The notes: generated by a model from the letters alone, not told the origin. A stretch of 64,000 nt of DNA from Oscillospiraceae bacterium (GCA_015065505.1 SVQE01000002.1:1502-65501); one strand, 5' to 3'; shown: positions 49,401 through 59,149, counted from the first letter of the stretch. Translations and numbers: made by a program.

Positions 49401-50900
49401 TACCTGAGTACAGTCGTCTGCTCTGAATTTGCCGTACTCATCATAAATATTGTTAAGACCGATGTTTTTGAATACGGTGATTGCTTCGCTTTCGCTTGTG
49501 CATTTACCGATGTTAAAGTCAACCATAAGGCTGAAATAGCTTCCTGTCAGCCAGTTGCTTAAGAAGCCGCGTGTGTATTCGCTGAATGCACAGCTGCCGT
49601 CCTGAACATAGTCGTCAAGCTTTCCGCCGTTTTTAACATAGTTATAGTATGCAATAATCTGGTCATCGGTAATCATCTGAGCATCAACAAAATCCTTTGC
49701 AGAGCTGTATGCCTCTGTGTCGTATGATTTTGTAAACTCAAGAGCGCCCAGAGCAATAGCATTATAGTAAGGAGATGCAAGTTCGCCGGCACCAAGATTT
49801 GCAGCAGCGGTTGAGCCGTCAAAAATGGTGTTATAAACCTCATTTAAGCAGTATGCATCATAAGCGCTTGCGCTTTCATTATTCTGCTCGAAACTTTTTT
49901 CGGTGCAGAATTCAGCGTAGCTCTTGCTGTTGCCGATTACGGTCTTATAGTTTGAAACGGTGATTGTTGTTCCGTTATACTTAACATCTGCTCCGCCGAG
50001 AGTTGCAAGATAAAGGTAGAAAATACCGTCAACATATTCAGGCTTATTCTGATAGAAAAGTGCAGCAGCGATGTTATCTATCTGGAAAGGAGCGCCTTCG
50101 AAGTCAAGATACATATTATCATAAGCAATCTTGATATCGCAGTCGTGGTCTGTTTTGTGAATATCCTTAATCTTTGTTCCGCCGATTTCGGTGTTTTCAA
50201 GCTTATAGAGAGTTAAATCATCATCAAAAACGATTCCTGCATTCTCAGCCTGAACCCAATAATCGTCAAGCTTTGCAGTGCCTTGAATATCATCGTTTTC
50301 ATCGTAGAACTTGTTGTAAGCGTCAAGATGCTTCTGAAGAAGAGCCTTAAGCTTGGGAAGAGTTGTTGTTGCAAACTCTTTTCTTTCAGCGTCTTCTGAA
50401 TCAATATACTTTTCGCAGAATTCATAAACAGCATAGAAATCAAGGGCTGCATTTTCATCGTTAAGATAATCGTAAAGACCAAGTGCCGAGCATTTGTCAA
50501 ACATATCATCGGCATCGTCTCCATAGCCCTTCTCTTTATAATACTTTGTTATAACTGCGTGTTTATCTCCCGAGCCACCAAGTAAATTCATGAGGGTGGG
50601 GGATACGCCGGCAATTATGTCTGAAAGCGAAGTGCTGTCTGTTACTTCCATACCGAGGGTTCCCTCGAGAATGTTTTTAACAGCTTCAATGTTCGCAATT
50701 TCGGGAACATAATTGTTAATTAATGCGTCAATAGCTTTAAAAGCCTCTTCCGCATCGGTGTTGTTGTTCCAATAAGCAGAATTAGAGTCGGTTTTATTGC
50801 CGTCTGCTGCCAAGGCGGTAAAACCAACGCTGAATGTTGAAACAACCATTACCGCAGCCAAAAACAGGCTGAGGAGTTTTTTGCTCGTTTTCATTATCAT
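43443..50900 (-). CDS. Giant (2485 aa) secreted, largely alpha-helical protein of unknown function with at least 3 internal repeats
   Basis: Sec signal peptide (KKLLSLFLAAVMVVST...ALA); strongly biased codon usage; no recognisable catalytic motif. Confidence 0.9.
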   Translation of the reverse strand: MIMKTSKKLLSLFLAAVMVVSTFSVGFTALAADGNKTDSNSAYWNNNTDAEEAFKAIDALINNYVPEIANIEAVKNILEGTLGMEVTDSTSLSDIIAGVSPTLMNLLGGSGDKHAVITKYYKEKGYGDDADDMFDKCSALGLYDYLNDENAALDFYAVYEFCEKYIDSEDAERKEFATTTLPKLKALLQKHLDAYNKFYDENDDIQGTAKLDDYWVQAENAGIVFDDDLTLYKLENTEIGGTKIKDIHKTDHDCDIKIAYDNMYLDFEGAPFQIDNIAAALFYQNKPEYVDGIFYLYLATLGGADVKYNGTTITVSNYKTVIGNSKSYAEFCTEKSFEQNNESASAYDAYCLNEVYNTIFDGSTAAANLGAGELASPYYNAIALGALEFTKSYDTEAYSSAKDFVDAQMITDDQIIAYYNYVKNGGKLDDYVQDGSCAFSEYTRGFLSNWLTGSYFSLMVDFNIGKCTSESEAITVFKNIGLNNIYDEYGKFRADDCTQVMIEYFDKTYPSSNATPMFDIVSFLLPSVIIQKLQGKTDAAFGFPGTANVKFFYEDIKIRETVRGLMSDDKYSYSEFKIPEAFTVDIVNEKINGFLDYLKPGSEYYDLVDSLLNKLLTSNIDLYSSLYNIWLNLYENPTETVFNLLPVLVILVDEIVVPWVFNDKAPDDNYLYPILVTGLFGDTGGIEALKKISQESGDTSVGLGNLAFDLNKVIPSILNWLLGNDDAAIAIVGTYTEYADGVDTSVPVFTNIYVADKAIAGARLNGGLAKVLKEKGLDENLAAGIDEAVTEIASFALDAVNEYLDKYGEDERYDTSGAVIQKGLNNIFVALPQVLDIMGKKFVKKYDIKSDWSLSYKVKNVMNDKIGKEQKQNIVLDGFKALATENDSAKVLEYFVDTLIGEWMNPIISILNDTIKDSDNKISSNLALVQGLLDALGGFGEKSIITDVFNGLFQLKRSDAASFTLKKRDNGFVGFSTESGIFLLSNILYKDEAGKTKGLIPFITTLIKADQGSADYNIGNVTKTTAPLLASSSKAKSAVGTDYSKLLSAENKKAAKELVTALDSVLASLLENTKLNGFTLDKTDNILSAVVTVASAYFGAKNTNDIVKLLNNYLYYVAGETKANPSKDGKIGTAPKNGDVDKNKVYTSANLSNLVIQTYSLVENIVDYLFYNKNSGFLKDRDPNMLLADAAYGLISPDAVAVRLSGDYSKTANVLLDEDRLNWNSFKVEITDVNEKSGSYNTKDYLKFGFSKGDKEAFYDALGEALSPIAGIVGAVLTASYTDAEKSGNYYSELVYPIFSSINDALGAKGVMSPSAFNKASASEKLIKGIITPISGALDTFYKAPASFLLNFIKGVCGVLEDETFTAIFKSLTAPVANLIEGAANVVNYLSPTLAYVILDFKDAVSLEKLLKITLPEKDVVVSLLNNIDAIKNLITIPSINWGKVANAKSPEEVLLLIYGFAVDTVLSLDSVKNIIDSLAPGLTEMLSKLSASEILRIAAEVIAVVQSPTEVYWTFTEYASKLTGSFSYPRGILPSEANNAVDQLDDLVANVFPLLNSLGVTDIEGLDALINDKLYTNEILTTIAKALYGALENDTVTLVLSAVSTDVSTKGFAKYLTDKSYGTTYSSAAATLKKAKSWKNVKSLNWGFTNGSSKAQAGFIKGLAAILRPFNNVLAVLLAEGTLDADKLDIEGLIKNLSLQGSTPYAADSEYGGTIDYKLKDGTFTLEIRSNAKTSNNKATPKSVLKVNVSEIVKDFEDLFSDADCGTNGYESAIIPILEAFMCKDVKTYKQYKADYKKAKDNLLIDVLTPVLGLVKDVANNPFDTITKILPNVAYFIDNNGLTQAIGNLLAPITAKDGVLGVLKKNGIDVDKIVKDLTGKSLGKIVTDALGLKNVKLNIELNNLAATNVQDIVVPLVQKLLKDNLGLKLPDFDFKTIASHGTLKTVASKAKNDKGKFTTKQVTANQGEVLIAVLRYVSDVLIKNAAPIKKLITGIDAVKKNATIKNIVSSVFAQIGTAGKDDIVRAVFYFLTERATDSFFDYREFQYKDGYEFSFGNMDENFCRQLAPMLDGLVGGLLEGGLGGLVEEKLYTDSLVAKLATGLYGAVEGVKINDSIGSLSNLLAMTNIDFTTSNVASLLTNEKYGKTYPAAAATIKSAGSWSKVNADNLKFGVTDRDSFLNALVAVLRPIYGVVDVILNDASLNIFNLVKVPGSDGYTSTVVPLLEAFGVYNIKTQYQYREDTFKAYDNLLLDIINPLWDKVEDILNAPVEMLADILPNLSLFFANDGLLQIVDNLFTPISALLEAIKPIVDVNDILKAAGLDVAKLLKDKVGLNLEKFDLYDLSGTLKPLVGADNVVGTLNSIIGKIKIKGTPLGIVLPEIDWFKLASHGEFIPNATSQVATYGGRIAVKADQDETLIAVLRFVIDTINYKDNYDALVGLITGLLGDNVSASISDVISQVLGMLKGDSDEVIEQLVDLLKQFA

Positions 50901-51329
50901 CTCTCCTTTTCTGAATGATTTTGCACAAGTCGTTTTCGCGACTAACGACTTATACCAACGCGTGAGGGCTGTTAGGGTTTTCTTGCCTCACGCGCACGAA
51001 CAATGTCAATTATATTTATAACAGATAAAAAATTATAAGTCAATAGGTTTTTAACAATTAGTTAATAATTTCTTAATCAAATTTCTGATTTTTGTTAAAT
51101 TTAGCGTTTAATCGGCATTATTTTCACCCTGCAATATGCATTTTGCGCACACAAAAAAGGACGAAAATCTGCTCAAAAGTATTGACACAATGTAAAATAA
51201 TTGTAAACAAAATGTTAATTTTTAACAGGAAAATTTGGTCAGATGTCCGAAATGTCAACAAAAAATTAACAAAATGTTCACAAAATCCGAGCGGATTATA
51301 TTAATTGGATAAAAATTAAATAAAATTAT

Positions 51330-51510
51330 TGACTTTATACTAAATAAATGATTTAATATAGTTGCGTGATATGCGCTGTTGATGAAGCGTTTTTGCTTCA
51401 GCGCGGAGGCTGACATTGCCTTCAATCTACTGTGATATTGTTACAGCGGGGTCAGAGATTGCGACGTTCCGCAAATCAACAGACATTATTCGTAAATCTT
51501 TAATTTGGAG
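51330..51510 (+). promoter_or_regulatory. Promoter and long structured 5' UTR of the 2153-aa gene
   Basis: TTGACT near 51329 with a downstream AT-rich -10; several hairpins enclosed by ctgttgat/atcaacag; RBS ggagg. Confidence 0.5.
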
Positions 51511-51521
51511 GAAAATTTAAA

Positions 51522-54500
51522 GTGGAATTAAAAAAATCTAAAGTTTTCACAAAAAAACTTGTTGCATTATTCCTCGCTGCTATATTGGCTGTTTCCGGTT
51601 TCACCGGTGTAATGTCAGTTTTTGCTAAGTCTACCGAAGATTATCACGATAATAACTTAGCAGCAAACTTCCTTGCATGGGCAGAAACAACCGATAATCA
51701 AACAGCTGAAGCTATTTTGGATTATGCAGATTTATATCTCCCGCAGATTATGGAGAATGTTGACCTCGGTGACATCAAGCCCAGAGGAACAACAAGAATC
51801 AATTTCACCTACAATGTACCCGTTATCGGCGATATCTCAATCAAGGGATATGTTGACAGCATTGACGGTGTTCTTGATCTTATCAGATATGTTCAGGAAG
51901 ACGTACTGAATAAAAAGGTTCTCGGTCAGTCACTTAAGAACTGGGCAGGCGGAGATGTTCAGAACATTGATTTGAGCGCTGTTTACGACCTCAACACTTC
52001 AACAACCGACGGCGTTGTTTCAAAGTGCGGCGTTGCATACAGATCTCAGAATGATGCTAAGAAGGTTATCATTACTGTTGCAAAGCTTATCTATATGCAC
52101 TGTAACGACTACGGCGGAAAGAACGTTCTTAATCAGTTTGTAACAGGTAACCTTAACCTTGGTCTTATCGGCAACTTCCTTAATCTTTGGGATATGCTTA
52201 AAGATCCCCTCAATATGTGGGACAACTATCAGACAAACCTTGTTTACAACATTGTTGCAAACCTTATCTGGGAAAACACTGATTGGTACACAGAGGCTCA
52301 GGTTGAAACCTTCAAGCAGGCTTTTGTTAACAACGGCAAAGACCAGAAGGCTTGGGATTTCGATAACGAATTATTCGGCAAGCTCACTTCAGAGCTTCTT
52401 CAGAAGATTAATGTTCAGGTAACATATTCAAACAAGGTAGCTCAGATTCAGCTTGACAGAAATGCTGAAAACTACGGTGAGATTGTTAAAGACAAAAACG
52501 GCGAAACTGTTTATGTTAAGGATAGTTCAGCAAGACGTTGGTTCTTAATCAACGGTTATATGAAGAGTGATAACTTAAGCTATGCAGACGCTGTTGCAGC
52601 TGTTAATGCAAACGAAGGCGCAGCAGAAGGCTTCTACTGCGACCCCAACCTCAGATATGACCTCAATGAGGATGGAACAAGCGACGGTAATCTTCTTCTC
52701 TTCACATACGGCGACAAGACATTAACTGTTGAAAAGACAGACAGTGCTAACACAATCGCATTCAACGCTTTTGAAATTGCATGGCAGACAGTTCTTGAGC
52801 CGACACTCGGACTTCTTGAGGTTGACTACGATAGAAAAGTTGATTCAGAAGTATTCGCAGGACAGATTGCTAACTTCGATAGAAGCTACTACAACTGGAA
52901 ATCTGCTCACGACGGATGGGTTAAGTCTGATTCCAATGCAGATGCATGGAAACAGAACTATACTTCAGCAAACGTTCAGGCATGGGCAGCAGACGTATAC
53001 GGCGACTATCAGTATAAAGAAGGTGTAACTCCTTCTGCAGAAAACTTCCTTAAGGGAGTTAAAGAAACCTACGAGTTCGACAGAACAAGAGTTGAAGACC
53101 CGAAGAATAACTGGAGAGATATTAATGCAACCAAGCTCTTTGTTGAGCTTCGTTACAGTCCTCTTGCAGACCTTTACTTCGATATGCAGACAGGTCCTAT
53201 CAACCTTTATTTTGCTGAAACAGGCTTCTATAACATCAAGAACTTCTTTGAAACCGCATTTGACGATTATAACAGCATTCCGGCAGCACTCAACAATGCT
53301 CTTGTTGCAGGCGTTAAGGATATCTTCCCCGACAGCAGCAACATCGGTATGACTGTTAACGGCGAGTTCGTAAGCCTTAGCCGTCCTGCTCTTGCAACAA
53401 CTTCAGGAGTTAATTCACAGACTATCGCTTCAACACTCGTTTCAAACGCAGTTCATGTATTTGAGTATGCAGCAAATGCAGCTGACGAGAACATTCTCGG
53501 CGCATTCTATGCTAAGAACCCGAGCGCTGATGCAACTGCTTCAAACAGCCTTTCAGAGGCTAACTTTGAAGAAGCAGCACTTCCGCTTCTTATCTCTTGC
53601 CTCAAGCAGCTCAGCATTACAGATGTTATTCATAATGATGAGTGGGATACCTGCGTAGACGCAGAGGGCGTTGCAGTTACAGCTCTTGCTGAATACTTAT
53701 CATATGTAATCCCCGATAAGGATTACTCATCAATGTATAAGGTTGAAAACGGTGCTCTTGTTGCAAATATCGACCTCGACAAAGACGGTAAGAAAGAGCT
53801 CTTCAAGGATGTTCTTATGCCGATGGCTCGTGACGCAGTAGGCTACCTTCTTCAGTCAGTTGTAACAGTTCGTAAGGACGACGGAACAGAGTGGAGCGTT
53901 TACACATCAGATCCGACAACGGACCAGACAACAATCTTCACACTTCTCAACTCCGTACTTTGCTACTACGCTTCAACAGATGAATTTGAAAACTCACAGG
54001 GTTCAGGTTCAGACACAATCATGGGTAAGGGCGCTGCAGCTCTTCTCGGATGCGTAGACAGCAACGGTAAGTGCACAGTATCGTTCAGCAAAACAATCTG
54101 GCAGAACATTGATACAATCGCTAACACACTTCTTCCCGTATTAGGTTCTCTTCAGAACGGAACATACGGCGGATTCAATTCATACGACCTTATCTATACA
54201 AAGGTTATTGAAGGCTTCCTTGATATAAGTGCTAACGGCGGCGGAATTACCAATATCATTAAGCAGGTTATTGATATTATCAGTTCAACACCTACTCAGA
54301 CAGGTGCAGACGTTGCTCTTTATGACTATGTAGTTGCTCCTACAGCAAATGCTATTTTCGGTCCTAAGTACACCAACCAGACATTGAACGTAATTCCTAC
54401 AAGCGCTGCTTACTTCGACAGCGACTCATCAAGCAACACAAGTGCTGCTTCACCGTTTAACTCACTTATTCATGTTGATACACTTGGCGCATTCAACAGC

Positions 54501-57500
54501 CAGGGCGTTCTCAGCACACTTATTTCAAATCTTGTTGAGGCATTCGGTGTTAATGATTATTGGTCAAAGAGCGGCGACAGATGGCAGGGTGCAATGTTTG
54601 CAGTTAAGGCTGTAAATAACTTCATCCCCTCATTTGTTCCTCAGCTTTCAGACCATACCTTTGGTCCTGTAACCGCTAAGGTTGATGTTCCTTCATACTC
54701 GGGTATGACAGGTAACACATCACTCGGTTCAGGTAACTATTTAACAATTACAAACACTTCAATCGGTCTTAACAGATTCTACCGTCCGGGACCGAACCAG
54801 AAGGTTCAGAGAGAGCCCAGATACTTCGCAGAGATTAAGAGCGCTGAAATCACAAACGAAGACGGCTACACAAACGTTTATCTCTCAGGTGCATCAACCG
54901 GAATTCTTTCACCCGGTGAATCCCTTAAAATTCCGGTTCTCGGAAGCACACTCAACAGAGCTGACACATATGTATATAAAGTTGCTGTAACTTATAATAT
55001 GTATGAAGGCGAGCTCACTGCAAACGGCAGCAAGCCCTCAGCAAACGGCAATTACATATTCCCGACTGACATAACAACTTATTCATATCTTGTTATTACT
55101 GTAGGCGGTTCATGGCAGACAGCTCTTTATCCGGATTCAAATGCTGAAAAGAACGGCGATGAAATCACCAAGTATAAGTATGTTAACGCTTCTGCAGGTA
55201 ACAACACTGCAGGCGCAACATTCGGTTCAGGCGACGCTAAAGTTGTTAACTCAAATGCAGGCGGACAGGGCAACAACCTTATTGCTTCAGTTCCCAAGAC
55301 AATAGTTATTCCTTCAGCAGATCCCGGAATCGTTAATAAGTATTCTATCAGAGTTTACAATGGTAACAGCTCAAGCAGCCGTAAGTATAACGGTGCTGTT
55401 GCATTCATCAATGAGGGAACTCAGTATTATGCAGTTAGCGGAACAACTGTTGATTCTTCATTGTCAACAATGGCAAACAACACAACTTCAACTATGGCAT
55501 ATGCTTATATCGATAGCGAAGGTAACCTTCTTAACAGAGATTACTATGACTACCGTATTGATGACGGCGAATGGGTAAGAGGCTTCACAAGAGCTGAACT
55601 CGACGCTATGGAAGGCGAAGGCGGAAGCATTGAAGCTGAATTCAATGCTAAGCGCGTAACAGAGCGTACACACGTTACCTACACATTTGCCGAGGCTTGC
55701 GAAGCAGGCATCGTAACAGGTGTTCAGAGAACCGCATCGGGCGACGGATATGTATATCAGAACGTATTTGTTAACCCGAACGCAACTCTTGTTGGCGAAA
55801 CCAAGGACGCTATTACTTTTGTAACTCCGTTCAGCGGCTTCTATTTCAACAACCACGGTTCAACAGTTGCTAAAGCTTCTTCGAACTATGACTTCCTTCT
55901 TGCATATGACGGAAACGGTGTTTCGGCTCAGAAGGATGCATACAAGCTCAATCTTGCATTCATTCCCGAAAGCGGAAACAAGATGGTTGTTTCATCAGAT
56001 GTTTATGTTGCTGACCAGAGCGACCAGTACAGCTTAACCGAAGCAACTCAGGAAGAAATTACAAAGATGGCTTCTTATCGTCCGTCCGACTTCACTGATT
56101 TCGACGGAACAACTTCAGCTGATTATAATGCAATCATTGATGCTATGACAGAGGCTAACAAGCTTGCAGCTACAGCTCTTTCTGTTGAAGCAGCTTCAAA
56201 GATCAGCTCAACAAAGATTACTCAGGCTGCAACATCAGAAACAACCAACCATGGCGGCGACAGAGCATATGTTCCTGCAACAGAGGCTCAGATTCCTGCA
56301 AGTGTTCTTGCAGGCGCATATAAGAGCGGAGATATCTATTATCTCAACAAGGAACTCACAATGCCTATCTACAGCAATGTTGCTTTAACAGATAGTGATG
56401 TTGTAGGTCTTGTTGCAGGCGATCCTGCAACAGGTAAGGACTCAGCAGGTCAGGATGTTGTTAAGTACGGCGGAGTTTGGTATCTTGCTAACGAAATCGA
56501 ATACAGCTACGAATGGGATACAGAAACCTACTGGGTAGACGGTGAGGAAGAAGGCACTAAGGTTGGTGCTCCTTACTATGCTCCTGTTAAGGATGAAGAC
56601 CACATTGTTAAGTGGGACGGAAACACTGTATATCTCCAGAAGCAGTTCGTATACAGAGACGCTGACGGTAACAAGGTTAACTCCGACGACAGATATGACA
56701 ACGGTAACTACAAGTGGGTTGTTAAGTTTGCAGCAGGCGAAACTGTTATTAAGCCTAACGACGGCACAGACTACCGTGGTGCTTATCAGCAGGGTATTGA
56801 TACTCTTAACTACTATAACTCAATCTTCTCCAAGATTCTTAAGCCCGTTGGTGCTCAGAGTGTTGCAGACGAAGTTACAGCAGTAAGAAGCGCAGATTCC
56901 AACAGCGTTAACTACGATGTTGCAACCTACGAAAAGATGGTTCAGATTGCTCATGAAGCTGAAAACCTCATCTGGTATGAAGATGCTAAGGACAGCGAGG
57001 GCAACATCATCTATAATGAGGATGGAACCAGAAAGCAGACTCCTGTAACAGACAGATCTTCGATGGAAATCGAGATGGCTGTAAACCGCTTCAATGATTA
57101 CTATGCAAGAGCTCAGGCTAACACCAGAGGCTATATCGGCGGCAGACTTGAAGCTGAAATTTCAGATCACCATGCAATCGGCGGTTCTTATGCAAACTTC
57201 ACTGCAACAAAGACCGGCGAAACCATCAGATTTGAATATTCAACAAAGGATGATAACGAAGAAGATAATGTTGATGTTTACACTGTTTCTGTAGCAGAGG
57301 GAACAAACCTCGGCTTCGGAACACGTGCAGCAGACGGAACTCTTGTTAACGAAGATGCAGAAGGCAACAAGGCTTACACAGATGAATCCTGGGCAGCTTA
57401 TGTAAACGCTCTCGGTGCTGCAGTTGAAACTGCAACAGAGCAGACCGCTAAGGTTTCCGAGGTTTACACCGCTAAGTCACATCTTGTTATGGCTGAGAAT

Positions 57501-57983
57501 AATCTTACCAAGTTCACAGGCGAAGAGAACAGCAAGTTCACTGTAACAGGTATGGTTACAATCTCTGAAGACAGAACTGGTTCAAGCGGCACATACGGTG
57601 TTGGCGGAATCGATATTAAGCTTGGTGATGAGGTTGTTGGCACATCCGCAGCAGACGGCTCATTCGAGATTACTCTTCCGAAGGGTGAAGCAACAACAAC
57701 TCTTACCTTCACAGGCGAAACAACTGTAGACAGAGTTATCACCATTACAGGCGATTCAGATGTTGCAGACATCAATGTTCCGATTGTCGTATGTAACTAC
57801 GAGTCATCGGATAGCGTTATCAACTTTAAGGATGCAGGTATGTTCGTTGACTATATGGGAACATCATACGCTTATGCAAACCTTGAAGGTTCAGACAACG
57901 TTGTTAACTTCAAGGATGCAGGCTTGTTCGTTGACTTTATGGACAACGCACCAATCACCTATGCTGAGTGGACACAGGATTAA
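51522..57983 (+). CDS. Giant (2153 aa) secreted protein: helical N-terminal region, beta-rich middle, FIVAR-like helices, C-terminal X-module and dockerin-like domain
   Basis: GTG start with RBS; signal peptide; YTDESWAAYVNAL (FIVAR-like); duplicated N.E.SD.V.NFKDAG.FVD.M Ca-loop/helix. Confidence 0.85.
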   Translation: MELKKSKVFTKKLVALFLAAILAVSGFTGVMSVFAKSTEDYHDNNLAANFLAWAETTDNQTAEAILDYADLYLPQIMENVDLGDIKPRGTTRINFTYNVPVIGDISIKGYVDSIDGVLDLIRYVQEDVLNKKVLGQSLKNWAGGDVQNIDLSAVYDLNTSTTDGVVSKCGVAYRSQNDAKKVIITVAKLIYMHCNDYGGKNVLNQFVTGNLNLGLIGNFLNLWDMLKDPLNMWDNYQTNLVYNIVANLIWENTDWYTEAQVETFKQAFVNNGKDQKAWDFDNELFGKLTSELLQKINVQVTYSNKVAQIQLDRNAENYGEIVKDKNGETVYVKDSSARRWFLINGYMKSDNLSYADAVAAVNANEGAAEGFYCDPNLRYDLNEDGTSDGNLLLFTYGDKTLTVEKTDSANTIAFNAFEIAWQTVLEPTLGLLEVDYDRKVDSEVFAGQIANFDRSYYNWKSAHDGWVKSDSNADAWKQNYTSANVQAWAADVYGDYQYKEGVTPSAENFLKGVKETYEFDRTRVEDPKNNWRDINATKLFVELRYSPLADLYFDMQTGPINLYFAETGFYNIKNFFETAFDDYNSIPAALNNALVAGVKDIFPDSSNIGMTVNGEFVSLSRPALATTSGVNSQTIASTLVSNAVHVFEYAANAADENILGAFYAKNPSADATASNSLSEANFEEAALPLLISCLKQLSITDVIHNDEWDTCVDAEGVAVTALAEYLSYVIPDKDYSSMYKVENGALVANIDLDKDGKKELFKDVLMPMARDAVGYLLQSVVTVRKDDGTEWSVYTSDPTTDQTTIFTLLNSVLCYYASTDEFENSQGSGSDTIMGKGAAALLGCVDSNGKCTVSFSKTIWQNIDTIANTLLPVLGSLQNGTYGGFNSYDLIYTKVIEGFLDISANGGGITNIIKQVIDIISSTPTQTGADVALYDYVVAPTANAIFGPKYTNQTLNVIPTSAAYFDSDSSSNTSAASPFNSLIHVDTLGAFNSQGVLSTLISNLVEAFGVNDYWSKSGDRWQGAMFAVKAVNNFIPSFVPQLSDHTFGPVTAKVDVPSYSGMTGNTSLGSGNYLTITNTSIGLNRFYRPGPNQKVQREPRYFAEIKSAEITNEDGYTNVYLSGASTGILSPGESLKIPVLGSTLNRADTYVYKVAVTYNMYEGELTANGSKPSANGNYIFPTDITTYSYLVITVGGSWQTALYPDSNAEKNGDEITKYKYVNASAGNNTAGATFGSGDAKVVNSNAGGQGNNLIASVPKTIVIPSADPGIVNKYSIRVYNGNSSSSRKYNGAVAFINEGTQYYAVSGTTVDSSLSTMANNTTSTMAYAYIDSEGNLLNRDYYDYRIDDGEWVRGFTRAELDAMEGEGGSIEAEFNAKRVTERTHVTYTFAEACEAGIVTGVQRTASGDGYVYQNVFVNPNATLVGETKDAITFVTPFSGFYFNNHGSTVAKASSNYDFLLAYDGNGVSAQKDAYKLNLAFIPESGNKMVVSSDVYVADQSDQYSLTEATQEEITKMASYRPSDFTDFDGTTSADYNAIIDAMTEANKLAATALSVEAASKISSTKITQAATSETTNHGGDRAYVPATEAQIPASVLAGAYKSGDIYYLNKELTMPIYSNVALTDSDVVGLVAGDPATGKDSAGQDVVKYGGVWYLANEIEYSYEWDTETYWVDGEEEGTKVGAPYYAPVKDEDHIVKWDGNTVYLQKQFVYRDADGNKVNSDDRYDNGNYKWVVKFAAGETVIKPNDGTDYRGAYQQGIDTLNYYNSIFSKILKPVGAQSVADEVTAVRSADSNSVNYDVATYEKMVQIAHEAENLIWYEDAKDSEGNIIYNEDGTRKQTPVTDRSSMEIEMAVNRFNDYYARAQANTRGYIGGRLEAEISDHHAIGGSYANFTATKTGETIRFEYSTKDDNEEDNVDVYTVSVAEGTNLGFGTRAADGTLVNEDAEGNKAYTDESWAAYVNALGAAVETATEQTAKVSEVYTAKSHLVMAENNLTKFTGEENSKFTVTGMVTISEDRTGSSGTYGVGGIDIKLGDEVVGTSAADGSFEITLPKGEATTTLTFTGETTVDRVITITGDSDVADINVPIVVCNYESSDSVINFKDAGMFVDYMGTSYAYANLEGSDNVVNFKDAGLFVDFMDNAPITYAEWTQD

Positions 57984-58005
57984 TGCGTTCTTGACTGAAA
58001 ATTAA

Positions 58006-58038
58006 AATTTCGGAGGGGAGGCACCCTCCCTTCCGAAA
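58006..58038 (+). other. Intergenic stem-loop (mRNA stabiliser or partial terminator)
   Basis: tttcggaggggag-gcac-cctcccttccgaaa with no T-tract on the plus strand. Confidence 0.6.
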
Positions 58039-58069
58039 CAAAATACAGAAATAAATGAGTAGTGATAAT

Positions 58070-59107
58070 ATGAAAAAGATTACTAAATTGTTTATTACTG
58101 CCCTATCATTTATATTTATTATTTCCATGATGCCCCTCTCAGTTCTTGCTGAGGGCGGTATGGGCTCGGAAAGCCCGTTTATCCAGGCAGTTTTCACCGC
58201 AGAAAACGGTGAAAGTGCAAGCGGCGATATCCTTGAAGAAGGAAATTACACCGTGGATATAACCCTTTCAGGTATGGTTGCAGTTTCATTCTTCGAGCTT
58301 ACGGCTGAATACACTGCTGATATAACTATCACAGATGTTTCAACCATAGCAGACGATAACGAAGGATTTAAATGCGGCGGAATTAAAAATGAAGGCAATT
58401 CATTTGTTGTTATTCTTGCTTCAACAGGCGAAAATAATACCCCAATTTCAGATGGTGAAGTAATGATAACAATGCAGGTAACTGTTAATACGGACGGCGA
58501 TTTTTCTGATTTCTTCGCTGTTAATGAAGACCCCGAGCTTACATTTGTCGGTTCTTCATATGAATACGGATTTGATGCAGCATATGTTTGCACATCCGTA
58601 ACGGCAACATCAGATTATTATCCGACACTAAGCTACGATATGTCGCCCGATTTATCAGTTAAAACTATCACTGTTACGGGAACAATAACTATTTCCCAAA
58701 ATCGCACAGGTTCAAGCGGAACATACGGCGTTGGCGGAATTAAGGTATTCCTCGGTGAAGAAGAGGTTGCAGAAAGTGCTGCAGACGGCTCCTTCACAGC
58801 ACAGGTTCCCAAGGGAACCACAGAGCTCACCTTAACAGGCGACACAACCGTTAATCGCACAGTAACTCTCAGCGGCGAAAGTGATATTTCAAATGTTAAC
58901 ATACCTATTATAGTATGTAACTATGAATCATCCGATAGCGTTATCAACTTTAAAGATGCAGGTATGTTTGTTGACTATATGGGAACAACATACACCTATG
59001 CAAACCTTGAAGGTTCGGATAGTGAAGTTAACTTCAAGGATGCAGGCTTATTTGTTGACTTTATGGCGGATGCAGCGATTGAATATTCAGCACTTTCACT
59101 TGATTAA
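58070..59107 (+). CDS. Secreted cohesin-like, X-module and dockerin-like adaptor protein
   Basis: Signal peptide; YTVDITLSG...FELTAEY...VMITMQVTV cohesin-like strands; C-terminus paralogous to that of the 2153-aa protein. Confidence 0.7.
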   Translation: MKKITKLFITALSFIFIISMMPLSVLAEGGMGSESPFIQAVFTAENGESASGDILEEGNYTVDITLSGMVAVSFFELTAEYTADITITDVSTIADDNEGFKCGGIKNEGNSFVVILASTGENNTPISDGEVMITMQVTVNTDGDFSDFFAVNEDPELTFVGSSYEYGFDAAYVCTSVTATSDYYPTLSYDMSPDLSVKTITVTGTITISQNRTGSSGTYGVGGIKVFLGEEEVAESAADGSFTAQVPKGTTELTLTGDTTVNRTVTLSGESDISNVNIPIIVCNYESSDSVINFKDAGMFVDYMGTTYTYANLEGSDSEVNFKDAGLFVDFMADAAIEYSALSLD

Positions 59108-59149
59108 TAGTTAATTTCAGTAACACAAAATATTTGGAGGGAAATTCAA

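Noticed and set aside
57789-59066. Paired dockerin sequences as a DGR template/variable repeat
   Set aside because: Differences are mostly synonymous and not adenine-specific; both copies are coding; no reverse transcriptase in the window
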